DNA of 64,000 nucleotides from IMG/VR virus record IMGVR_UViG_3300017967_004030, positions 264-64,263 of that record. The stretch is one strand, 5' to 3'. Made by a program: the position numbers and the translations under genes. The notes below the pieces were generated by a model. It did not search any database, was not told the origin of the DNA, and saw nothing but the letters and a program-made list of their open reading frames with translations. Below, piece after piece: positions 49,701 through 59,344 of this stretch; the stretch's first letter is position 1; each line of letters begins with the position of its first letter. Origin of the DNA: a virus. Lineage: Duplodnaviria; Caudoviricetes.

Positions 49701-50259
49701 ATTTTTGTGTTTGTACACCATCGATGTTTTCGCTTTTTAATGGACTACCTATTGAATTAGTAACAGGCAATGCAGCATTAAGAATCTTAATAAACTGTTC
49801 AAAATAATTTGTATTTGTTTGGTCATTCCACTTGATTACTCTTCCAGCTAATTGAGCACCTGTACTGTCAGTAAGATTTTCCGAAGTTTTTACTGTGGCT
49901 AATTTCAACAATCCTCTAGAAGGTTGATTTCTACGGGGATTGTAAGAAAGCATACGTGCAAGTCGTAGTATGCTTTCTCTGCGTTCTGCTGTTTCAAGGA
50001 AGTTTTCTCTAGCGTTTAAGTCAATACGGAACGATAAGTTTTGCCCAAGGAATGCAATCATATCAATTAGTGCAAGATATTCACTAGATTCAATATAATC
50101 GTTAAAATCTTCTGGATAATTTTGACGTAGATAATTAATCATTGTTCTACGTAAATTATCAAAATCATAGCTTTGAAAATCAGCATTTCTAAAACTTTGA
50201 TATATTTTTTTCCAATCTTCTGCTACAAGTAGTCTGGATTGTCTTTCGCTTGACGACAT
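46735..50259 (-). CDS. gp6: Baseplate wedge subunit, T4 gp6-like
   Basis: DFDNLRRTMINYL, DFNDYIESS, ENFLETA.RRESILRLARMLSYNP, FSDGVFGNLP, QNRLITAEDY. Confidence 0.85.
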   Translation of the reverse strand: MSSSERQSRLLVAEDWKKIYQSFRNADFQSYDFDNLRRTMINYLRQNYPEDFNDYIESSEYLALIDMIAFLGQNLSFRIDLNARENFLETAERRESILRLARMLSYNPRRNQPSRGLLKLATVKTSENLTDSTGAQLAGRVIKWNDQTNTNYFEQFIKILNAALPVTNSIGSPLKSENIDGVQTQKYRFNATNTTSAIFPFSKNIEGISTVFEIVSTDIQGDVIIEEPPVPGTSPAFLFRDDGQGAASVNTGFFMHFRQGKLDTGNFSISNPIPNQIIAIDAENINNDDIWLYNTDSNGFETTSWTKLSSVEGNNVIYNSLFEGIRNVFAVTTRIGDRVNLVFSDGVFGNLPSGNFKVFYRTSANTNMVVTPASIGNVNIEIPYQGRNGNLETLTLGFRLNYTVSNSTTTETNTSIKQNAPATYYTQNRLITAEDYNIGPLAISQDIIKTKSVNRISSGISRYFDLIDASGKYSNTSLFADDGVIYKEFFDSTSTFTFVTQSDIEGVIYNTIEGIIQSTNLRNFYYSEYPRISTLDLNAVWKNSYQATDQNTGTLSSGADSQSKFKTGTFTSNNLRFVEAGSMLKFQAPKLNGTQQYFLPNGSLTTNAEEFGASMIRWTKVFSVANEGDGVLNNIGDIVLTDVINEDSILVEIVAKFSKILNNDTKVQIIDQAFAYKDFALRYDIEERDWKIVLNENINTINNFALGKAGDATGENLDSSWLLYFKTDGEKYTVKNRNQRYIFESENEIRFFFDNADKIYDPKTGKIVRDQIKVLSINKQAGGTSSYSQDYVWSISDAYRDKEGYVDSRKIQIQFFDLDDDGAVDNLDLFYEIVDENNSDITVANKTVFQKKYTTTDGVEDFKFFNNTSSEIKIVTNENAIGSYSTHKDRQVFYLVEEKVFKQLDKTASNLTINTDYKAYVGRSNLKFHYIHVADSSYRIDPSASNIIDTYILTKNYDIDVRKYISGALSLMPLPPSNDILTRSYGSEINAIKSISDEVVYHPVKYKVLFGSKAKEDLQVNFKIVRNKDLVVNENELKADIISAIDTFFELENWDFGETFYFQELSAYIMNTLSPKLQSIIIVPKKADQSFGSLFEIKSEFDEIFISAAKVSDIEIIDEITATEIKASGKVVTSVSTSTTTDIASSSSSSTTTNSGGLTSTTNTTSNNSGGTSY

Positions 50260-50285
50260 AGCTTTTTCCTTGTTAAACTTAAAAA

Positions 50286-50291
50286 TATTTA
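50286..50291 (-). promoter_or_regulatory. Late promoter motif TAAATA
   Basis: Intergenic upstream of the gp6 start (GATAAATA). A second TAAATA lies at 50316-50311. Confidence 0.6.
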
Positions 50292-50320
50292 TCTGTTATG
50301 AAAAAGTGCGTATTTAATTT

Positions 50321-50758
50321 TTACAGCAAGCCGTTAGCTTGATCAAACTTAAATTTTAAACTTTCAGAAATGTCATACGGAAGATATGTTAGGTTACATT
50401 CAATGCTTATACCTTGTTCGTAGGTATCTACAATAACTTCATTAACTTGGAGTCTTTTATCATAATTTACAATATTTGTAACATTTTCTATAATAGCTTC
50501 TTGTATAGCAGGAGTAAACGGTTCAAATAGTAGATCCCATATTATACAACCAAACGCAGGATTACTTAATTTTTCCCCTTGACGAATATGAAAGTGGTTA
50601 ATCAAATCCTGTTTGATTAGTTCAAAATCATATAAACTATATCCCTTTTTGCCTATAGCAAGGGTACTGAACCCTCTGTAAGCTCTGCCTTTTTTAGCAG
50701 TCCTTTTAGAGTTAGTAACAGTAACACGTTTATATAAATTTTTTTCTAATTCGCTCAT
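50321..50758 (-). CDS. gp25: Baseplate wedge subunit, gp25-like
   Basis: LIKQDLINHFHIRQGEKLSNPAFGCIIWDLLFEP...YDKRL. Start moved to ATG 50758 (MSELEK) to avoid a long overlap with the upstream gene. Confidence 0.85.
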   Translation of the reverse strand: MSELEKNLYKRVTVTNSKRTAKKGRAYRGFSTLAIGKKGYSLYDFELIKQDLINHFHIRQGEKLSNPAFGCIIWDLLFEPFTPAIQEAIIENVTNIVNYDKRLQVNEVIVDTYEQGISIECNLTYLPYDISESLKFKFDQANGLL

Positions 50759-50762
50759 ATTG

Positions 50763-50768
50763 TATTTA
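50763..50768 (-). promoter_or_regulatory. Late promoter motif TAAATA, 4 nt before the gp25 ATG
   Basis: Minus strand GGTAAATA-CAAT-ATG. The TAA doubles as the stop of the 917-aa gene. Confidence 0.55.
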
Positions 50769-53519
50769 CCCTTCGTTATTAGGGGTACCGTCACTATTTT
50801 GCGGTCCTGGTAAATTTGTTTCATCCTGATCTGAAGGTTCTTCTAGATCGTTTCCTCTTTCTTCGTCAACAATCGGATGTGTTGTTTCGTTATAATTAGA
50901 TGGGCCTGCAGGTATTGTTCCGTCTCTTGGGAATGTATATGCGCCGCCTTCTTGTGTATGGGCACTGAAGTGCATAGCATCGTCTAAGCTAGTCCAAGCG
51001 CCGCCCCAGCCTAATCCGTGTTTATTAGCAATTTCTTTAGTATTTGCTGGCATATCTGTCATAGGTGCGTTAGCAGGTCGTGGATCATAAAAACCATTTG
51101 GATATGTATCTCTCACCGGATTAGGCCAATTAATGTCAATCGCTGCACCACTAGCGTGACAACTCCAGGCCCTTCCAGTAATAGTTTCTCTATATGCATA
51201 TCCGCCTAATTGTTTAATTTCATATCCGGTGGCTTCAAACTCGTCTAAGAAGTCTTGGAAATTCTTCTGGAATACTTCTGCAACTTGGCAACTTAGTCCT
51301 GCTCGTCTAGCATAAACTGTAACAAGTTTACCTTGGCCGTTAGGATCAAATTGTGTATCACTACGCTGTGTTGAATTTGGATTTCTGTTTACATTACCGT
51401 CTCCAGTTCGACCGTCAAAATCTCCGCCGTTGCCGCCAGATCCAACTACTGTTCTTGATGTTGTATTAACTGCTTTATTTTTGTTAAATGTATCTGGGCT
51501 TTCAATACGTGTAGAAGGATTAAGCGGTCCAGGACTTTCTCTATCTGTTTGTTCTTTCTTAAATGATGCTGGATTCATATTTTCGTGATGCATCCAGGGT
51601 TCGTGTTGTGGAGCACGAGTTAGTATACTTTCATAAGGAACAGGCTGTTGCGCACCGGGGAACATATATGGCAATACTACTGTTGTAAGTGGAGATATCG
51701 GAGCTGCATCTTGAGGATCGGATGCTTCTGTTGCATCAAATGCTGTAAGTGAAACAATAGGATCATCACCTTCAGATGCTGCGCTACTTAATCCACTATT
51801 TAAATGTATTTGATCTGCATCTTCTTGTATAACTCCTACTGCTTGAACATTTACATTTGTTGCAGCATTATGATATGAACTTTGTGCAGTAATAACGTGA
51901 TGCGACCCAGTAGCTTCTTGGTGCATATTTCCGCCACTAATATCTGTCATATTTGCTTCGGTTTCTGTTACAATGTTACCAGTAACTTTAAGGCTTAAAT
52001 CTCCATCAATATCTCTGTGATCCCATCCGGTTATTTTTCCTTCCATATTACCATTAATACGGAATCTACAATCTCCACTGTCCATTCCTGCGCCAGTGGT
52101 TGATAAATTATAACTTGCGGATTTGTCGTATCTTAAACCAGCTGTAAGATCGTGCATATTAACTCCTGCATAACGAAACGTACTTGCACCACTCTTTTGA
52201 TGCATTGTTCTATCTGCTTTGAGTCTTATGTTTCTATTACTATGTACTTGGTAATCTTGTTTTACTGTGGTTTTCATACCTAAACTTACATTCGTATCAG
52301 ATTCGCCTACAACTGTAAGTTTATAATCTTTTCCTACGTGTAACTTAGTATTAAACTTGCTTTCTATGTGTACTCTTCCGCTTTCCTTTCCGTCGAAATC
52401 TTGTTGACCATCACTCCATCTTGCAGTAGCTGATAAATTAATATTTCTTCCAGCTTCTATATTAAAGTCTCTCTCTGCTGTAAAATTTATATCGTTGTCT
52501 GACATTATACTAATACTGTCTTGGGCGTGAATATCAATTTTACCATCTGATGTTAATTCAATCCAAGCTGTTCCGCGGCTGTTCGCTATGTAGATTAGAT
52601 CTTCTGAATTATGTAAAAGTATCTGATGACCTGTTCTAGTACGCAATCTAATTAATTCATTATGAGGTATAGTTTCGTCGCCGCCAGTTTCGCCATTTAA
52701 TCTATTAAGATATCTAGGTGGTCCGTCTTCAGCGTGTGTTGCTCTAACAAGTTTATCATTGCCATCGTCCATTACAAAGCTAGATCCGCCTAGTCTATTA
52801 TACGGGATATTTGCTTTTCTACCAGTAGTACCAACATCTACTCTTGGACTTCCTGCTCTTTTATCTTGGGGACCTGGTGTACTCCAACCAAAAACACCAC
52901 TAGGTATTTCTCTACGAGCACTAGTTGACGTTGTTCCTCTAGTTTCGTCAAAAATCAAACCTTGGATTTCTAAAACATTTGTAAAATCTTTATTGTAAGG
53001 TTTATTAAATAAGTTTGTATCAATAAGCTCGCCTGTTTCTATTTTTTTATTATATTCGCCTACAGGCAACTTTGCACCTTTTAACGGTTGAGGTGTAACT
53101 TCAGTGGTCATTGATGTAGATGCTCTTCCATCAGGAACCATAAAGTTCATATAATCATCTTGAATACAACCTATCCAATATCCAAAATTTGTATTTCCTT
53201 CTGCAAATATTACAAGAACTTTAGTGCCTATATCCGGAGGAACAGCCCAAAATCCATAACTTTTTTGAGAATATTGATATCCGTCTTGTTCTTGTAACCC
53301 GAACACAGGTGTTACTCCGTAGAATGGACTAAGATATTTTACGTTTAATAATTGTCCACTACGTTCAGGGGTGCCGCCGGCACCTGTATAACGTAAAATT
53401 TCTACTTCTAATGTACCCATCATTTTAGTATCAAGATGGTTTGTTACAATAGCTTCGTAAGGTCCACTATCATAAACTCCGGTAAGTTCTGCTGTAGTTC
53501 TTGTATAATTTCCTGACAT
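50766..53519 (-). CDS. gp5: Baseplate spike, gp5/VgrG-like, with C-terminal M15-family peptidase
   Basis: OB-fold-type PPDIGTKVLVIF, RLRTRTGHQILL, beta-helix repeats. C-terminal GGYAYR...SCHASGAAIDIN...WGGAW...DAMHF is the M15 zinc motif (H-x6-D...H). Confidence 0.8.
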   Translation of the reverse strand: MSGNYTRTTAELTGVYDSGPYEAIVTNHLDTKMMGTLEVEILRYTGAGGTPERSGQLLNVKYLSPFYGVTPVFGLQEQDGYQYSQKSYGFWAVPPDIGTKVLVIFAEGNTNFGYWIGCIQDDYMNFMVPDGRASTSMTTEVTPQPLKGAKLPVGEYNKKIETGELIDTNLFNKPYNKDFTNVLEIQGLIFDETRGTTSTSARREIPSGVFGWSTPGPQDKRAGSPRVDVGTTGRKANIPYNRLGGSSFVMDDGNDKLVRATHAEDGPPRYLNRLNGETGGDETIPHNELIRLRTRTGHQILLHNSEDLIYIANSRGTAWIELTSDGKIDIHAQDSISIMSDNDINFTAERDFNIEAGRNINLSATARWSDGQQDFDGKESGRVHIESKFNTKLHVGKDYKLTVVGESDTNVSLGMKTTVKQDYQVHSNRNIRLKADRTMHQKSGASTFRYAGVNMHDLTAGLRYDKSASYNLSTTGAGMDSGDCRFRINGNMEGKITGWDHRDIDGDLSLKVTGNIVTETEANMTDISGGNMHQEATGSHHVITAQSSYHNAATNVNVQAVGVIQEDADQIHLNSGLSSAASEGDDPIVSLTAFDATEASDPQDAAPISPLTTVVLPYMFPGAQQPVPYESILTRAPQHEPWMHHENMNPASFKKEQTDRESPGPLNPSTRIESPDTFNKNKAVNTTSRTVVGSGGNGGDFDGRTGDGNVNRNPNSTQRSDTQFDPNGQGKLVTVYARRAGLSCQVAEVFQKNFQDFLDEFEATGYEIKQLGGYAYRETITGRAWSCHASGAAIDINWPNPVRDTYPNGFYDPRPANAPMTDMPANTKEIANKHGLGWGGAWTSLDDAMHFSAHTQEGGAYTFPRDGTIPAGPSNYNETTHPIVDEERGNDLEEPSDQDETNLPGPQNSDGTPNNEG

Positions 53520-53522
53520 TTT

Positions 53523-54761
53523 TTATCCTACTCCTACTCCGCTACTATCTGTCCAAGAAGAACCTGCAATCGAAGTAGTAGTACTTTGTGTTATTGGCTC
53601 TGGACACGGTTGTTGTGTCGGTGGTGGAGGTGGTGGAGGTGGAGCTCGACCTTCTAAAACTTGATTTTGTTCTTCTGGCGTAGGTATACTTCTTTGATCT
53701 GTTCCTCTAGGATCTGCTGCATCTGGATCAATATTATCTTCTACAGGAGCTCCTTCACCTCCAAACGCTTCTAATGGATCTGTTGTATCACTTGGTGCAG
53801 GAGCACTTTCAGGAATTTGATCTCTGCCTCTAGGATCAGTTAGGTCTGAATCTGTTCCGGGAGGAACTACACCTGTATTAGTTACAGCAACATTTGACGG
53901 ACCTACATTTGTTTCAACGTGGGGTGTTGCTGCTGCTGCTCCGGTGCCGTGAACTAATAAGTCTTTTACTTTTGTTCCGGTCCTAAAATCATATCTATCA
54001 TCTAAAGGATCAGTAGGTTCGTATACATAAACAGCTACTCCGCCAGGAAGTGAAGTTCTTCCTATTGGCTGAGATCCAGGACGTCCTGTACCAGAGACTG
54101 AACCTACACCCGTACCTGCTGCTGCTCTAGCAACTTGTGTTCTAGGACTTTGTCCTGTTTCTGGTATAGCACCACTTGGACCATCAGAATTTACATCAAC
54201 TAGTGTAGATTCGCCTACTTCGCCTGTTCTTATTTCTTCTAATTCTTGGTATAACGTATCGGGATTGTGACTAGCTCTATTTAAACCGTCGCCTGCGTAA
54301 TAACTTTGTCCTTTATTAACTCTTCTTGACTGTCCTTGCATAGCATAAGGTACAGGCATACTTGCAAATTCTTGTGCAAGTTTAATCATAAATTTATCTG
54401 TAGCGTAAGTACCAGCAAGCCAATCATTTAGTCTTCTATATCTTTTTAAAATACCTATAATTAGTGCATCTTGCACATCGGCAGTATATCTTGTAGTTAA
54501 AGGGTCTATTCCAAGTGTTTCAATTGCTGCTGTAAGTGTTCTTTTAATAAACTGATACCTTCCGCAAGCACTTGATCTAAATCCGTTGTCTATTCGTTGT
54601 TGTTGGAAGCGTTGTACTTCAGCACAAGTCATTTGAACTAGTGCTGGTTCCGAACTTCCAGGCCACAAACTTGTATAAGGGTCTGCGCCTGCGACAGCTT
54701 CACCTTTTGCAATTAAATCTAGCAAAGATTTTTCTTGGTCTGTTATTGTAACCGCTGGCAT
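53523..54761 (-). CDS. Tail-associated lysozyme/lytic transglycosylase with a long disordered C-terminus
   Basis: LLDLIAKGE...SSACGRYQF...QD...LAQEFASMP matches lambda-R-like muramidases. Pro/Gly/Asp-rich tail with 8 consecutive Pro at 53619-53642. Confidence 0.8.
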   Translation of the reverse strand: MPAVTITDQEKSLLDLIAKGEAVAGADPYTSLWPGSSEPALVQMTCAEVQRFQQQRIDNGFRSSACGRYQFIKRTLTAAIETLGIDPLTTRYTADVQDALIIGILKRYRRLNDWLAGTYATDKFMIKLAQEFASMPVPYAMQGQSRRVNKGQSYYAGDGLNRASHNPDTLYQELEEIRTGEVGESTLVDVNSDGPSGAIPETGQSPRTQVARAAAGTGVGSVSGTGRPGSQPIGRTSLPGGVAVYVYEPTDPLDDRYDFRTGTKVKDLLVHGTGAAAATPHVETNVGPSNVAVTNTGVVPPGTDSDLTDPRGRDQIPESAPAPSDTTDPLEAFGGEGAPVEDNIDPDAADPRGTDQRSIPTPEEQNQVLEGRAPPPPPPPPTQQPCPEPITQSTTTSIAGSSWTDSSGVGVG

Positions 54762-57700
54762 TAAACTCCTCCGTTTCCGCCTGGTCCTGAAGGTCTAGCG
54801 TTTGCAACAATATTTGCTTGTTGTAATGTTTTTTCAATTTGTTGAACTGTAGAAGTAGCCTGTGTTACTGCTGCGGCAGCTTGTTTAGCTGCTTTTGGCG
54901 CACTTGCAAATATATTTTGGTTAGGCGTCCAAGCAAATTCGCCTATTTGAATTACGGGTTGACTAAACACTACATCATCTCCTGCTGTTGTTGACTTATT
55001 ATTAAATACCGGCATACTCATTAACAAATCCTCTGCAGATGCTTGCGTTATATTTTGAACTGCTTGCACTGCATTTACAGGAGATGTTATATCACAAGGA
55101 TTTGATGCTCCTGCTGTGCTATTTACAGAATTGTTTGCGCCTGCACCCTCACCATTGGCTCCTAATGTTCCATCAGTAGTTTCTTTAATATTTTTGTCGT
55201 CACTTGGTTTAATCGGAACATTGCTTGTAGTTGGAGTGTCATCTTGTCCTCGACGGCGTATAAGTTTTAATGTTTGTCTAAATTGACCTCTGCTAAACGT
55301 ATTTGTCACAGCCCAAATAGAATATAACCCACTAAATTGAGGTACAGTTTGCGGGAACTCCATTGTTGCACCTTGAATTTGATAATCAAATGGTGTTTTA
55401 AAATTTACAATACACATCACTTCGTTTTGCAAATAATTCATAGTTTGTTCAGCAAGGACATTTGGATTACCTGTAGGCGTTCCTACAAAGTTACCTGTTT
55501 GTTGTGGTAAGAAAAACGGATCTCCCCATATTTCCATTTCAGCCGTTACCATATCTGCAGGAGAGTTTATAAGTGTATTATGAAATTGTTCTGCTATGCG
55601 TTGCCTCATATCTCCGCTTACTGATGCAGCATTATATCTCATTTCATTTGTTTCTTTAAATTGGGCGCCGGGTTCTCTTTTTCCACCACCACCTTCTACA
55701 ACAACTTCACTACCTTTTACTTCGTTACTATTTTGTAATGTTTTCTTATTAGCTCCATCTAAAGCGACTGTACCGCTGTTTTGACCATAGTTAGCAAATG
55801 CTGCTTGGAAAAATGCATTATTAAATGATATATCAAAATTCAAAACATCTTCATTTTGTCCGGTATAAAAGTAATTGTATTCTTTAGGTGCTAACGCTTT
55901 TAATCCTTCAGTATTTGATGGAGACTGTGTAGGTGCTAAAAATTTAGCTTCATCTGTGAAATAAGGTAATATACTATAAACATAAATTTTTGGTGAGCGG
56001 CCTCTTTGTAGTTCTGCGGCAGGGTTTCTGTCTATAAAAACTTGTGTATCAATCTTAAACCACTGCTTAGTTCCGTTTGTAGATTCTTCAGTAGATTTTT
56101 CTTTGCAATATTCGCTATCTAACAAAACTTTTGTTATTATATCTGTTATTGTTTCACCTTGTCGAAATCTAAAAACTCTGCCTTTTTCAGCTGCTGCTGC
56201 TTCGGAAGATCCTAAATCTACTACATCTCCGAATTCGTCATAAGTTGCATCCTGTTCAGCTTGTGGAGTATCTCCTGGAGCGTTAGTATCAATTACTAAG
56301 TCACTTAAACCAATAGGATTCATACTGCCTGTGTCCGATGCATAAGCTTTTAATACTGTAAATAAATTGCTAGGTGCTTGTACAGAATTGTCTTCAATAC
56401 CTTGCTGTTTTTTCTCAGTGCTTCTGTCAATTTCAGGATTAGCCATCCCTTTTTCTCTTCTTTGTTGTTCAGGTGCATCGACGGTTAAAGAAGTTGAACC
56501 AGCTAGATCGCCTCCGGCGTTTTTTACAATATTAACTAGTGCATCTGGAGTTTTTGGAAATGCAATAATATATCTATCTTCTTGGATTGTCGTTCCTGCT
56601 TGTTCTAATTCTTGTACTCTTTCGTTATAAACTGCTTGTACACTCTTTTCATCGCCATTAAGTATTTCGTGTACTTTTTGACCTGCTGCTTGAATTTGAA
56701 CTTTAGATTCTTGGATTTTATCGTCTAGTCCTGTTTCGCTCATAGGAACAGCTTTTACAGTATACATTGCTCCTTTTCCTGTTACTGAAAATTCTATTTT
56801 CGTAATTAAAATAGGTATATAAATCGGTTGTGTAAATGTTCCTGCAGATTCTCCATATTCGTCCCAGCCTACAAAATCTATTCTTAAACAAAACGGAGCA
56901 TCAGTATAATTTGCATATCCAATCTCTGACGAAGCGCCAATTATTGCCTCAATAAATTGTCCCATTGAATAGGGTTCTACAACTTCAAATGAAAGTGATG
57001 TTCCTAGTGCAACGTTAGTTGCTCTATTAGGAGCAATAACGGCATCCATTTCTAAATTTTCTATATAGTATTCAGCATCTTGATCGCCTTCTAAATAGGT
57101 TTTATATCTTTTACCTAAATTTCCGCCGCCAGATTTAAGTATGTAGGTTTGTGTAAAATCTGTTTCTCTATACTGACTTGGAAAATTAAATTCGCTGTCA
57201 TTTAATATACCAAGTGTAATAATATAATTCCAAGAAATTGCTTCACGTAATGGATTTGGAATTCTACTCTTTGCAGTGCCTGCACTAACAGTTCCTCCGC
57301 TAGAAGCATTTCTAACAAGATTTTCGTCCCAAGGATTTTTAAAAGTAAGGTCTAAAAAGTCTCCTGTTATACCAGAAAGATCACCTTGTTCTGCAAGTTG
57401 TCTCAAACGATCAAATTCACCGCCAACTGCACCAATTAATTCTCCAATATCTCTTGGCACAACTGTTACAACATTTTGTACTAAATTTGTAAAATCTCCA
57501 AAAGATCCAACTAAACTATTAAGACTGCTTATATTAAATCCATTTAAAGAACTTAACTTGCTTTTTATAGATCCAACACTAGAACCAAACTGAGAACTTA
57601 CTCTACTCAGGGTATTTGCAACTCCTGCAATAGATCCTAAAGTATTAGAAACTTTTGATAAACCGCTTGTTAATCCACTGTTTACATTAACAGTTCCTCT

Positions 57701-58054
57701 ACCTGAAACACCCTGTATAGCATTAGCAACTGTACTTGCTGCGGCAGCAACATTTCCAATTTGTCCAGGATTTGAAACAAGACTATTTAATCTACTAGGA
57801 TCAAATACATCAAGTTGGCCTCTTTGTTGAAAACTTTTTGATACTTGCAAAAGATCGTTTTCTGATACATTCAAATTACTGCCAACTGCAATTCTTATAT
57901 CATTTGCTGCTTTTGAAATTTCTCCTGAAGCCCTTGCTGCACTATTAAGTGATGAAGCAGATGTTTGGGCTGCCTTAGTAATAGAATTTACACTAGCTAC
58001 TGCATTAGAAACTTGTGCTGCTTGATTAATTATTCTTGAGAAATTAATAGCCAT
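54761..58054 (-). CDS. Putative baseplate hub / tail protein
   Basis: Position between the gp53-like and lysozyme/gp5 genes. C-terminal MEIWGDP...FSGLYSIWAVTNTFSRGQFRQTLKLIR is hub-like. Confidence 0.6.
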   Translation of the reverse strand: MAINFSRIINQAAQVSNAVASVNSITKAAQTSASSLNSAARASGEISKAANDIRIAVGSNLNVSENDLLQVSKSFQQRGQLDVFDPSRLNSLVSNPGQIGNVAAAASTVANAIQGVSGRGTVNVNSGLTSGLSKVSNTLGSIAGVANTLSRVSSQFGSSVGSIKSKLSSLNGFNISSLNSLVGSFGDFTNLVQNVVTVVPRDIGELIGAVGGEFDRLRQLAEQGDLSGITGDFLDLTFKNPWDENLVRNASSGGTVSAGTAKSRIPNPLREAISWNYIITLGILNDSEFNFPSQYRETDFTQTYILKSGGGNLGKRYKTYLEGDQDAEYYIENLEMDAVIAPNRATNVALGTSLSFEVVEPYSMGQFIEAIIGASSEIGYANYTDAPFCLRIDFVGWDEYGESAGTFTQPIYIPILITKIEFSVTGKGAMYTVKAVPMSETGLDDKIQESKVQIQAAGQKVHEILNGDEKSVQAVYNERVQELEQAGTTIQEDRYIIAFPKTPDALVNIVKNAGGDLAGSTSLTVDAPEQQRREKGMANPEIDRSTEKKQQGIEDNSVQAPSNLFTVLKAYASDTGSMNPIGLSDLVIDTNAPGDTPQAEQDATYDEFGDVVDLGSSEAAAAEKGRVFRFRQGETITDIITKVLLDSEYCKEKSTEESTNGTKQWFKIDTQVFIDRNPAAELQRGRSPKIYVYSILPYFTDEAKFLAPTQSPSNTEGLKALAPKEYNYFYTGQNEDVLNFDISFNNAFFQAAFANYGQNSGTVALDGANKKTLQNSNEVKGSEVVVEGGGGKREPGAQFKETNEMRYNAASVSGDMRQRIAEQFHNTLINSPADMVTAEMEIWGDPFFLPQQTGNFVGTPTGNPNVLAEQTMNYLQNEVMCIVNFKTPFDYQIQGATMEFPQTVPQFSGLYSIWAVTNTFSRGQFRQTLKLIRRRGQDDTPTTSNVPIKPSDDKNIKETTDGTLGANGEGAGANNSVNSTAGASNPCDITSPVNAVQAVQNITQASAEDLLMSMPVFNNKSTTAGDDVVFSQPVIQIGEFAWTPNQNIFASAPKAAKQAAAAVTQATSTVQQIEKTLQQANIVANARPSGPGGNGGV

Positions 58055-58055
58055 A

Positions 58056-58355
58056 TTATATGCCTAACTGTGATTGCAAATTACTACCTTGCGGCAAATA
58101 AATTTCTGTTCCTGAAACAAAATCAAATACAGGATCTTTTAATACGTCTGGATTCCTTTGTGCAAAAACCCACCATAATTCTTTTTTGCCGTATAAATCA
58201 TTTGCTAACAAATCTGGTCTATAATTATACGCAGGCAAAATTGTATATAACACATCGTCGCCTGCAACAGGAATTGGTCTAGGAACAAAAATGTCAAGAT
58301 ATCCGTTTGAGTTTATTTTTGTTTTACCATAAGGTCCAAAATTATTTCCAGCCAT
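58056..58355 (-). CDS. gp53: Baseplate wedge protein, gp53/LysM-like
   Basis: YRPDLLANDLYGKKELWWVFAQRN...GTEIYLP. Confidence 0.75.
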   Translation of the reverse strand: MAGNNFGPYGKTKINSNGYLDIFVPRPIPVAGDDVLYTILPAYNYRPDLLANDLYGKKELWWVFAQRNPDVLKDPVFDFVSGTEIYLPQGSNLQSQLGI

Positions 58356-59317
58356 TATACAAATCCTTGATCTTGACCTACAAATGTACCATTAGCATAA
58401 TCAACAAGACTAAATCTAGCCTGTGATCTTCTTGCGTATTGTGGCGTAGCTGTTATCGTTACTGTTGCTTGAGCAGGAACGTAGTTTGTTTCGTTACCTA
58501 CAACTGTTTGTATATAATCTACATCAGCTGGAAAATCTGTTGTAAAGTTTGTTATAAGGACAGGAATATTATTTAAAACGTGTTTACCATATCCATTTAA
58601 TCTACAAACAGGAGGTGGTTGTCCTACTAAGTCTCCTTCTCCGCCATAAAACATTTTTGTAACAGTCCTTAAAAAATGAAGCGTAGCAATAAAGTATTGC
58701 GCATCTGCTGTTGTTTCATTTAAAAATTCTCCAGCAATAGTATAATTGTCTACTTGACTATTTTCATATGCATTATAAGGAAAATTAGAGTGTGTTGGCG
58801 TAATTTGACTGTAATTCGCACTATGTCCTATTAACACTGTTGGGTTAAATGGAAATATCATTCTGTTTCCAGTTCCTGCTAATGGAGCAAGTATTGGCGA
58901 GGATGCAAAAATACCAGGAACACTTATACTCACTCTCCAGTCAGTTTCGTCAGCCGACGAAACATTAGCAGACAATATTGCTCTTGTAAGTTCTCTTGAT
59001 CTAGGAGCAGCATTATAACCAACTCCTTGCGAAGCATTACCAATCATACGTATAGCAGCACCAATATTCGAAAGGCTGTTTCCGCGATTTATTAAATTAT
59101 CTACAGCACCTACTGTATTCCTTAAATTTCCTGCAATACTTGTTACTTGGTTTAATGTATTAACTAAACCACCCGATGTACTAAAGTTACGTATTCCACT
59201 AGCAGCTCGATTAAAACTACTAGAAACGTTGTTAATTGTTCTCGATACTGAATTTATATTGCTAAACGCATTATTGACACTAGTAGCAAGATTGTTAAAT
59301 GCACTAAACAGTCCCAT
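58355..59317 (-). CDS. Putative tail tube initiator / baseplate-tube junction protein
   Basis: IFPFNP.V...HSANY...PTHSN, PPPVCRLNGYG..VLNNIPVLITNF pattern and its position before the gp53-like gene. Confidence 0.6.
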   Translation of the reverse strand: MGLFSAFNNLATSVNNAFSNINSVSRTINNVSSSFNRAASGIRNFSTSGGLVNTLNQVTSIAGNLRNTVGAVDNLINRGNSLSNIGAAIRMIGNASQGVGYNAAPRSRELTRAILSANVSSADETDWRVSISVPGIFASSPILAPLAGTGNRMIFPFNPTVLIGHSANYSQITPTHSNFPYNAYENSQVDNYTIAGEFLNETTADAQYFIATLHFLRTVTKMFYGGEGDLVGQPPPVCRLNGYGKHVLNNIPVLITNFTTDFPADVDYIQTVVGNETNYVPAQATVTITATPQYARRSQARFSLVDYANGTFVGQDQGFV

Positions 59318-59337
59318 AAAATATATTTCTCCATTAG

Positions 59338-59343
59338 TATTTA
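59338..59343 (-). promoter_or_regulatory. Late promoter motif TAAATA heading the tail operon
   Basis: Minus strand CTAAATACTAATGGAG, upstream of ATG 59317. Confidence 0.65.
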
Positions 59344-59344
59344 G

